Source: Proteromonas lacertae
Lineage: Eukaryota
DNA: 64,000 nt
Assembly (NCBI GenBank): GCA_002245135.1
Contig: NGBS01000596.1
Coordinates: forward strand, 62,001-126,000
Direction of reading: 5' to 3'
The translations under genes were made by a program, and so were the position numbers. Below are positions 54,379 through 64,000 of the stretch, one piece after another (position 1 is the first letter of the stretch; each line of letters starts with the position of its first letter). The notes under the pieces were generated by a model. That model was not told where the DNA came from. It searched no databases and saw only the letters and a list, made by a program, of their open reading frames with translations.

Positions 54379-55166
54379 ATGGTCAATTCAATCAACAAAA
54401 AGAGAAAGTTTTGCACTGATGGTGTATTCTATGCTGAACTTAACGAAGTATAATATCAAAGTCACTTATAACTCTTTTCTTTACTCCAATTCACATTTAT
54501 AATCGATATATTTATTTTAAATAGTTCTTATTAAGAGAATTAGGTCCAGATGGTTATGCTGGTGTTGAAGTTCGTAGAACTCCAATGAAGACTGAAGTTG
54601 TTATTAGTGCAACTCAACCAGCTAAAATCATGGGAGAAAAAAGTCAAAGACTCCGTGAATTAACCTCCATCATCCAAAAACGTTTCAATTTCGCTCCAGA
54701 AAGTGTTGAATTATTTATTGAACGTGTTAACTACCGTGGATTATGTGCTGATGTACAAGCTGAATCTATTCACTATAAATTAATGGCTGGTTTAGCAGTA
54801 AGAAGAGCTTGTTATGGTGTAATTAGATACATTATGGATGCTGGTGCTAAGGGTTGTGAAGTTATAATCTCTGGTAAATTACGTGCCCAAAGAGCTAAAG
54901 CTATGAAATTCAGAGAAGGTTATATGGTTAAATCAGGTTATTCTTGTGTAGAATTTGTAGATGTAGCCATCAGACATGCTAAGATGAGACAAGGAGTATT
55001 AGGAATTAAAGTTAAAATCATGAAGCCATACGATCCTCATGGAAAATTAGGACCAAAGAAACAATTAGCTGATGTAGTGACAATCTTAGATCCAAAAGAA
55101 GATGGTTTACCAAGCCAAGAACAAGAAAGAAGAAGATACCCAAGAAGAGATGAAGTAAGTGCTTAA
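54379..55166 (+). CDS. RPS3: 40S ribosomal protein S3 (uS3), one 77-nt intron (54448-54524)
   Basis: [34 protein letters not shown], then RGLCA...[18 protein letters not shown] and [12 protein letters not shown]. Confidence 0.97.
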
Positions 55167-55385
55167 AAATGTAGATTTTTAAATAAAATAAACGACTGCA
55201 GAATCAAAATATAAAAATGCATTTTGTTTCTTAAAAAATATGGGGGAAATACTATATAAACAAAAAATACAATAAACATAATATCTAATTTAGTAATTTA
55301 ATGGAAATACGTTATTTTACTTGTATAGTAGTGAATAACAAACCTCCAATCAACAAAATATAAATATAAAAAATAAATAATATCT

Positions 55386-58300
55386 CTATTTAACATTACG
55401 GAATTCTTCTAAAATATCTTTCTTAATTTCTATTGATCATTTTAATTTTATCATCCCTATTGATGAAAATGTTTCAAAGAATGATTTTAATAATGATTTG
55501 TTTATATCTTCTTTTAAAGTAATTGATAATTCGTCTAAATTCTCAAACACTTCTTTGTTTTCTATCATTAATCTCAATTCATCTTCATTTAACTCATTTC
55601 CGAATAAATTGATCTTTCTTAATGGATTATAATCTTTTAACCTTTCTATTAACAATTTTAATCCCATTTCACTCATACCAATATCTATTTCAAATTATAT
55701 AACATTATGATATTGATTAAATAATACTTGATAAATTTAATTCTTTATCATAATCTCTATCTAAATATATCTCGACAAATTTATCAATATTCCTACATAT
55801 TATCTCTATTCCTTTATTTTTAATTGAATTATTTGCTATTGAAATATACTTTGATTCTTTTGGTAATGAATCTGTCAATTCTTTCAATCCTTTATAAGTA
55901 ATGTGATTATTGGATAAATCTAACTTTTTATAATCAATCTGTTTTATTAATGCAATTTGAGAGTCATTAATATTCATATCTATTTCATAATACAGTTAGA
56001 ATTAATACTTGAAAAATCATATTCTTTATTATAACCCTCACTTTTCTTTTTAATGCAATAATCCAAATAATATTTAAATTCTTCATTTGTCCATGATATA
56101 CATTTCATTTCGATAAACGGATATTCTTCTTTTGCTAATGATTTTGAACAAATTGATTTTAATCCCTTCATTCTGATATTATTCCCTTTTAAATTAATTG
56201 ATTCGCATTTTTCACTTGATCCTATCTTGCTTGCCAATTGTATTACACCTTCATCATCTATTGAGATATTGCTCAAATCTATTTCATTTATAAATCTTGA
56301 TATTAGCACTTTTAAATCATTTAATAACAATTTCAATCCATTATTACCTATTGGATTATCTGTTTTATAATACTAAATTATATATATATCCATACGATGA
56401 ATTAATAATGTTATAATAAAATCTATTTCTTTCAAATAATCCATCAAGTATTTTATTCCATCTGAATTGATATTATTGTCACTAATATCAAGTATAATCT
56501 TTTTTGTATTTCTTCTATTTCTAAAACAGTTAGTAAGTCCTTTCAATAAATATTCTACTCCGATTGATGATAAACCCATTTCTATTGCATATTACATAAT
56601 CAATATACTTGAGCATTGTATTTTAATACCCCAAAACTCATCATCCAATAATAAATGTAAGTTTGGAGATAATATTCTTATTCCTAAATCTCCTATAAGA
56701 TTTCCATATAATTCAAGATGCTCAAGCTTTGAAAATAAAGATAAATTGTTAATCAGTATTTCTATACTCTTATAAGTCAGTTTATTATCTAAATAATAAA
56801 AAAAAATATATCAATCTATACCACTCAAATCTAACATTACTATATTTTTACACTCTTTTCCTCTTACTGAAATGGAGGATTTGAAGAATACATCATCTAC
56901 TTCACTATTACTTAGACTAATTCCTTTATCTATATATTCTTCTATATATTTCTCTATGCTTGGTATATCTGTATCTATCAGTAATTCTTTATTTTCATTA
57001 AAATCAAAATCTGTTTTTGCAATAGGAAATTTGGAGAATAAAGCTTTTAATCCTTTTGAATGAATATTTCTGTTTTCTTTAATATCTATTCTCTCAATAT
57101 TTGGATATTTATATAACTCTTCTGATAATAGTATCACTGATTCATCATCTAAATTCATTCTTCGAAGATTCAAAATATTCCATTGGTTGATTAATAAATG
57201 TATATAAGGAAGTAACAGCTTGAAGCCTTTTGTACCAATTGGATTAGCTATTTCACATTAATATATAAAAAGAATAATAAATACGAGAAAGGTTTAGACG
57301 TTTTAATCTCATGAGCGGCATAGATTTAACAAACGATTCAACAAAACGATAAGTAATATTACACTTATAAAAAACTAATACCTGTAGATTGGATAGTTGT
57401 GAAAAATATTGACCTAATGATGACTGCTGTTTTATTGGAATTACTATTTCATCTGATTTGTTGCCTAAATGAATATAAAAAGATTTAAAACATACCAAAA
57501 TGGAGTTCTTTTGGATTAATTGGTTTAAATATTCTTAAGAAAAACTTCATTCCTCTTTCACAGGAACAAAAACATTCTGAATTAATATAATTTTTTTCTT
57601 CATCTTTATCAGTATATATATTAAACACCATTTCATCTAAATAACATTCTTTTTCACTCTTTTTACAATTGTGACATATTTGAAATTTCAGCTCATCTTG
57701 TATTGATTTATCTTCTTTGTATGTTTTCATCATCAACAACATCGATAATACTCTTTCATTTGTTTTGTCATTATAGCTATCTATCAAATTATCTCGAACT
57801 GCTATTCATTTATTATAAATATATTATATATACTTTCATAATTGTTATACTGAAAATAATAGTGTAATTGAACATCAAATGGGAATGTTTTTATCACATA
57901 ATCATTATTGAATATTATCTCTTTTCTTTCTTTATACATCATTAGATTATTATCATCATCTTTCAATATTTCACCCATTTTTATCATTTCTTTTCTCAAC
58001 TCTTTTAAGCTAATTCTATCTTCACTATTCACTTTAAACATTCTTTCTATCATCTCTTTCATAGAATTGTCACATTCTACATCAACACTGAATTTACATC
58101 TCATGATATTATTCAGAGTTTTTATCATATTATCATCTTCATTAAATGGTAATTTCTTGTTTATCATTTCATATAATATACATCCAATTGACCAAATTAC
58201 ACTTCTCTCGTTACACTCTAATCCAGTCAATTCTTCAGGGCTTTTAAAACACATATCATATAAACTCATTTCTTCTTCTTTTCTCAAATCATTCAAGAAT

Positions 58301-58793
58301 AAATCACATACTTTCAGATTGTAATTATTACAATATACCACATTAGAACTCTTTAAATTACCAACCAATATATCATACTCAGTCAATATCGTTAAAACAT
58401 CACATATTGAACTAATCATACCACAAATATCATCGCCTGATAAGGATTTAATGTGAATTATCTCCTCCAAATCTATCTCATAATAATCTCGTGATATTAT
58501 CATATATTCATCATTATTAATCAGATGAACTGTTTTAGAATTATGTAAACAATAGTTCAACAACAACGAGTTTTTCTCTAAGAATTTCAATATTTTCTTT
58601 TCATTAATCCTAGAAATATTTAGGATTTTGAGTAATTTAGTATGATTTTCATATCGAATAACAAAATTAATTTCTCTATTACCCTTTTCAACTCTTTCTA
58701 TTATCTAAGTAAATAAAATTAATGAAATACCTCAGTATTAGATGGTGATATTGAGCATAAAATATCAATCTCATAAGATTTAAAGAATTTCAT
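55386..58793 (-). CDS. pseudokinase-LRR family gene copy 2
   Basis: ATG at 58793. Kinase fold with ILVGNLKSSN (no HRD) and KVCDLF (no DFG). LRR exons are collinear with copy 1. An in-frame TGA at 55437-55439 lies 16 codons before the homologous stop. Confidence 0.75.
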
Positions 58794-58840
58794 TTTTCAA
58801 ACTAGTTTGATGTTTCAAAATATTTAGTCGTTTCATGATG

Positions 58841-59146
58841 TCAGTTTGATTAGTTTATTTTTCATAACAGTCTTAATCATTTTTCATGATAAATATTACA
58901 CAATTTAATTAATCATTCCATAATCCTTTATTTGATTATAATTTCAATTTCTAAGTAATATTCATATCTACATCTTCATTATTCCAGAATGAAAGACTGC
59001 TAATTAGTCATTATTATACTATATACCGGTTTCAACAACTCAGATTGTATTTATCTTTAAAATTACTTTACTCAACTTTACGATAAACATTTCACAAATA
59101 TAATTAATTAGTAATTTCAGTTTGATTAGTTTATTTTTCATAACAG
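58841..59146. repeat. perfect 30-bp direct repeat enclosing 246 bp of degenerate sequence
   Basis: TCAGTTTGATTAGTTTATTTTTCATAACAG occurs at 58841-58870 and 59117-59146. Confidence 0.9.
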
Positions 59147-59150
59147 AATA

Positions 59151-60900
59151 ATGAATACTTTATCACCATCTAGAAAACCATTATTTACTAATGATCATTA
59201 TCCTTCTAAACCTTCAGTATCAAACCCTTCCTTGATTTCTTTAATGAATAATGGTGATGATATAACTAAATTTGATTCAGATATAATTCCAACATATAAT
59301 TATACAAGTGAATCGCCATGTATAAAGCCATATGTAGAACCTCCCAAAACAATAGCTGAAGTATTTCCTTATATTATCTGTATAATTACTAATAGATGAA
59401 AGAAGAGGATGAAGACAAATTTTTAGAAGACTTTCTACACAATGGGTATAAATTTCTACAATTATTCCTGTATTTAGTCAAGAGTTATTATCAAGAACAA
59501 AAGACATTCCCTACAAATTAATGTGTCAAGAGCCCAAATCAAAAAGAGCATTGTACGAACAACGTGAAGATTATGAAGATTCAGCTGGTGATAATACTGA
59601 TGAATGGGAATGTCCAGCATGTACATACCTTAATCCATCAAGTCAAAAAATCTGCGACATATGTGGTACAAATCGACCATCTAGGAGAAGTGTAGGTGCA
59701 AGTGACAGTGAATGGAGAAGTAAATTGCACGTCGGAAGTGTAATAGATGCTCAAGATATGAGAGGTCAATGGTACAAAAGTATAATCATCAATGAAAAAG
59801 ACAATAAATTTGTAGTTGTTCATTTCTTAGGTTGGAAATCAGATTGTGATGAATTAATAAGTTTAGACAGTCCAAGACTTGCCAGATTAACATCACATTT
59901 AAATGAATATGCTCCACTGTTTGATTCTATGGGTTATGAGTTAAATAATGGTTGTAGAAGATTATCTAGTTTATTAACTTTGAGTAAACAAAGATTTAAT
60001 AGAAATAGTTTATCAAAACAACTACAACAACAACAACAGTTTGTGTTAGATGCTACTGTATATATGAAATTACCATTTCAGAATACTTTAAAATATTATA
60101 TTGGTAAAATCATTAAAGTACATAATAAAGAATTAGTTGATATTGAAATAGAAAAAATGAAATTGAGTTATGTTAAAACAAGTAATTTGAAATTAGTTGT
60201 ACCAAAAGGTGAAGAAATTGCTCCACAAGATGTGAAAGTGATAAATAATTTATTATTTAAACAAAATATAGGTGTTTCTAGTAATAATAATAATATTCAT
60301 ATTATTAATAATGCTAGAAGAAGAGAAAGTGTTAATTTAAATATGATGAGTAATAAAAACAAGCCAAAAAGATATTTGTTTAATGGAAATAGTGAAGTTA
60401 ATACGATTTTAAATGAATTTGTCAGTGAATTTCGACCATATAATTCTTCATTATTCTCTAAAGGACAAACTAATAATTCATCTTCTTCTTCTAATAATAA
60501 TAATAATAACCTCAGTTCTGGTGATAGAGAAATAGGCAGTTCATCTTCAGCTAATCTTTTGAGATATGAAAATTTCTTCCAGAATATTCTTGCAATAAGT
60601 AATGGTGGTTTGAGTAATGTTGATGATGAACTCACCTTCCATCATGCTCCCTTCGAATATGAGCCTTACGAAGATAGAGATTGGATAAATGACTTAGATG
60701 TAGGAAATATGATCGATTATAAGAGTAAAGAGAATATATGGTATGAAGCTACTATAATAGATATTAATGAGAGTGGTATGAAGATTAAATATAATAATGA
60801 TAAGGAAGAATGGGTTAATAAAGAGAGTAACAGAATTACTGTTCATGGATATCATAGGAATAAATATGGTCAAAAAGAAGAGAGATGTGCTGCTCAATAA
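59151..60900 (+). CDS. RanBP2-type zinc finger plus Tudor/Agenet/MBT-like domains
   Basis: WECPACTYLN...CDICG, then LHVGSVIDAQD..GQWY...VHFLGW...DELI, and a second LDVGNMIDY...WYEATI...IKY..EEWV. Confidence 0.65.
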
Positions 60901-60951
60901 ATAATACACACAAGAATAAATAGAAAATATTATTAATTCTTAATTATTTTC

Positions 60952-61533
60952 TTATTCTATTGATATATAGTCGAATTTAGATTCAAAACCACCTTCTTTA
61001 GCACTAGCACAAAACAATCCAATCTTTATTTCACTTCCATCTGGAATGTGTAAATGACAAATTCTTAATTGTTGCCATTTATCAGTTTCTTTTTCACGAG
61101 CATAGACATAGAAGTCCTTACCTTTTCTTTCAATCTTTAAATACATCTCTGCATCTTTAGTATGTGTTTCTTGAATAGACCAATCAGAATAACCAAAATT
61201 TGTTACAACTGCACCAATATCAGTAATTTCACCTTGATCATATTCAATTGGCGCTTTTAACCAAAATTCTTCTGAATAATACACAAATAAGCCTGTTTGA
61301 TCAAATTGAGAGTGTGGCTTGAATGAACAATGAGTTTCCATTGAAAAATCTCCCAATTTCTTTGTAATTAAAGCATGACCATTATTCAATTGAAAACCGA
61401 AACCAGTCTTCTGCCAGAAATCTGTTTCAGATGCAGTTTTAGTGATTAGAGAACCATCCTTGAAAGACACTGATGGAGGTTCATTCATCCATTCGAACTC
61501 TTTAGGGATAGCTGATGAGAATTGGTACTTCAT
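60952..61533 (-). CDS. DUF1349 / Ree1-like concanavalin-A-fold protein, copy 1
   Basis: TDFWQKT, FDQTGL, WLKAPIE, GAVVTNFGYSDWS and WQQLRICH. Intronless. Confidence 0.85.
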   Translation of the reverse strand: MKYQFSSAIPKEFEWMNEPPSVSFKDGSLITKTASETDFWQKTGFGFQLNNGHALITKKLGDFSMETHCSFKPHSQFDQTGLFVYYSEEFWLKAPIEYDQGEITDIGAVVTNFGYSDWSIQETHTKDAEMYLKIERKGKDFYVYAREKETDKWQQLRICHLHIPDGSEIKIGLFCASAKEGGFESKFDYISIE

Positions 61534-61579
61534 AGTAAATCGTCAAGATTTTCAAACTATAGGCTTGATGACTGTGTTT

Positions 61580-63003
61580 TTGTAAACTTCAATAACATGT
61601 GTATTTTAACATAAAAAGTATTTAAATATTAATGAATAGTTTGTTATAATACCAATTTATATTGAAATATTTAATTCATCAAAAAATACAGTAAAATAAC
61701 ACAAATATTATTAAGAGAATATTTTCAGATATTATAAGTCTTTTAATACTTTGTATGAGATGGCTTCCTTGTACCCCAACGATAACTATCATGATAAGCA
61801 GGCATTTCTAATCCTAAATCTTGAGCTACATGTCTTGGGAAGAAAGCATCTCTTAACACTCCTCTTCCGATTAACACTAAATCAGCTTCATCATTCACTA
61901 TTAAATCATTCGCAATTTTACCATCACATATTCCACCAACTGCTGCACTTGGAATTCCCATCTTATGAATAGCTTTAGCATAAGGTAATTGATGATCCCA
62001 ATTTGATGGAATTTTTTGATCTGGCACTAAAGCAGCACTACTTGCATTTATTAAATCAACTTCATATTTTTCATGTAATTCTTTTGATAACTTCAATGTA
62101 TCATCTAATGTTATTCCACCTTCTTTATAATCGGTACAACTTAATCGAACAAATAAAGGCATTTCTTTTGGAATTACTTTTCTCACTTCTACACAAATAT
62201 CTTTTAAAAACTTCGCTGTATCAACACCATATTCATCTTTACGATGATTACTTAATGGAGATAAAAATTCATGAATTAAATATCCATGAGCACCATGAAT
62301 TTCTATAAAATCATATCCACTTTTTACAGATCTTTCAGCTGTTTCTTTAAACTGTTTTATTAGAACTTTTATCTCTTCAACTGTTAATTCATGGGGTACA
62401 GGCCAATTATCATACGCAATTGCACTTGGAGCGTCAGTAACCCATCCTCCTTCTTCATTTGATGGAACAATGGATCGATTTGATTTATCACTACCAGGAG
62501 GGAATTCTGAGCCTTTTCGCCCTGCATGAGCGATTTGTATACCGATCTTACATCCTTCTTTATGAACAAAATCCACTATTCTCTTATATTCAGGAATAAA
62601 TGAATCATCCCACAAACCAAGATCTCTATAATAATAATTTAAATTGATATACTTAAAACTAATTCTACCTTTTGGACAAACAGCTGTAGCTTCTTGAATT
62701 ATACATCCATAACCTGCTAGAGCGTAAGATCCTATTCAAATAAATGTTTATCACATACCATAACGCACTAAATGGAAATCAGTTGGATGTCCATCTTTTG
62801 CTTCAAACTATTTAACTAAATCTTACAAAATACCAAGCACATTGGTGGAATACCCAATCTGTTAGGGAAAGTTAAACCTCTTCAACTTTAATGGAGTGAA
62901 TAAATTAGACATAGCTATAAAGAAACAATGAAAAAAGAATCTTTAAATCTAATATGAAACGGATATATATATTGTAAACTTCAACAACATGTGTAATTTA
63001 ACA
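61580..63003. repeat. 32-bp direct repeat (30/32 identical) flanking the old-yellow-enzyme gene
   Basis: TTGTAAACTTCAATAACATGTGTATTTTAACA at 61580-61611 versus TTGTAAACTTCAACAACATGTGTAATTTAACA at 62972-63003. Confidence 0.85.
61743..62912 (-). CDS. NADH:flavin oxidoreductase / old yellow enzyme, YqjM/NamA type
   Basis: MSNLFTPLKL..LTFPNRLGIPPMC, EATAV..GRIS..DLGLWDD, GIQIAHAGRK, EIHGAHGYLIHEFLSP and LIGRGVLRD. Three 5' introns and one +1 break at 62881. Confidence 0.9.
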
Positions 63004-63084
63004 AAAAAAACAATAAAAGAATGATATTCTTTTCTTCTATTATCGTTTAACAATTACAGTTAATCAAATTATTTTTAATTACAA

Positions 63085-63666
63085 TTACTCAATTTTTAAG
63101 TAATTAAAACTAGTTTCAAAACCACCTTCTTTTGGACTGCAACAATACAAACCAATTTGTAATTCACTATCTTCTGGAATATGGAAGTGACATATTCTCA
63201 ACTGTTGCCATTTCTCTTCACCAACTGATCTAGCATAAACAAAGAAATCATTTCCTTTTCTTTGGATTTTAAATTCCATTTCTACATCCTTTTTGGAATA
63301 TGGTTGAGTAGACCAATCGGAATAACCCATATTTGTAACTACAGCACCAAGATTGTATGGTCCTTCTTTTTCAAATTCAATTGATGTTTTGATCCAGAAT
63401 TCTTCGTTTAAATACACAATTAGTCCAGCTTGATCATATTGTTCTTTTGGAGCGTATTTAACCTTGGTTTCCATAGTAAAATCTCCCTTCTTGTTCATCA
63501 TTAAGCAATGTCCTGTATTTCTTCTAAAGCCATAATGAGTTCTTTGCCAGAAATCAGTATCACTTGCAGTCTTCACTACTAATGCTCCATTTTTAATTTC
63601 GTGTGATGGAGGTTCATTCAACCATTTAAACTCTTTTGGAACAGTGTCCTTAAATTCGTAAATCAT
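63085..63666 (-). CDS. DUF1349 / Ree1-like protein, copy 2
   Basis: TDFWQRTHYGFRR, YDQAGL, WIKTSIE and LGAVVTNMGYSDWS. Same 193-aa length as copy 1. Intronless. Confidence 0.88.
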   Translation of the reverse strand: MIYEFKDTVPKEFKWLNEPPSHEIKNGALVVKTASDTDFWQRTHYGFRRNTGHCLMMNKKGDFTMETKVKYAPKEQYDQAGLIVYLNEEFWIKTSIEFEKEGPYNLGAVVTNMGYSDWSTQPYSKKDVEMEFKIQRKGNDFFVYARSVGEEKWQQLRICHFHIPEDSELQIGLYCCSPKEGGFETSFNYLKIE

Positions 63667-63739
63667 AAGATATATAAAATTCTATTTCGATTCAATTATT
63701 TGGCTTGAAAATTCACTTTCTTTTTCTTTCTTTTTTTAA

Positions 63740-64000
63740 ATGTCTCTAGGGTTTAGAACAGAATCTGCTTTAATTCCCAAAAAATCTAAAGAAATATCAG
63801 TGGATAAGGAAAGTGTATTCTATTGATTCCATCTCTTTCTTAGTTAATTGGTTTAGAAGCTGCAATTAATGAATATAAGGTGAAAAATAAAGACAAACCT
63901 GTAATAGCAAATATAAGAAAAGTATATTATTATATTCTATTAGTTAAATAAAAATAGAAAACATCCAAGAGAATAATTGTTGGGAAAAAAGAGGAAGAAG
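63740..64000 (+). CDS. 5' part of a spliced gene, possibly CCDC174-like
   Basis: MSLGFRTESALIPKKSKEISVDKES|LIGLEAAI resembles the LGWLTESxxxPKK N-terminus that I recall for CCDC174-family proteins. Two short introns; runs off the window. Confidence 0.45.

Noticed and set aside
54448..54524. Longer RPS3 intron as a snoRNA host
   Set aside because: No C (RTGATGA) or D (CTGA) box and no convincing H/ACA hairpins were seen.

Overview
Very AT-rich, gene-dense eukaryotic (protist) nuclear DNA read with the standard code. It has many tiny GT-AG introns (about 25-50 nt) and TGTTTGTT boxes in several 3' regions, which suggests an opalozoan stramenopile such as Blastocystis or Proteromonas (inference). 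About 28 genes or gene remnants are readable. They include the CPSF3 3' end, an F-BAR/SH3 protein, a class-C-like 7TM receptor with a C-terminal RGS-like domain, eIF3e, a DHHC palmitoyltransferase, a PRELI protein, Vps39, a myotubularin, a multi-PHD protein, a GT61-like gene, an inner-arm axonemal dynein heavy chain, a USP, DCAF13/SOF1, RPS3, a (pseudo)kinase-LRR family and a bacterial-like DUF1349/old-yellow-enzyme cluster. Highlights: (1) a complete 3.4-kb hAT transposon (8-bp TSD) that contains a second, non-coding 639-bp foldback element with apparently perfect 283-bp TIRs, TG..CA ends and a 5-bp TSD; (2) three inserts flanked by 30-44-bp direct repeats; (3) a recurrent TCAAGC(C/T) box upstream of start codons; (4) about 15 apparent +1 frameshifts, many at TCA/TGA sites, which could be sequencing error, a DNA-modification footprint or recoding. 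Exon joins and alignments were made by eye and no database searches were run.
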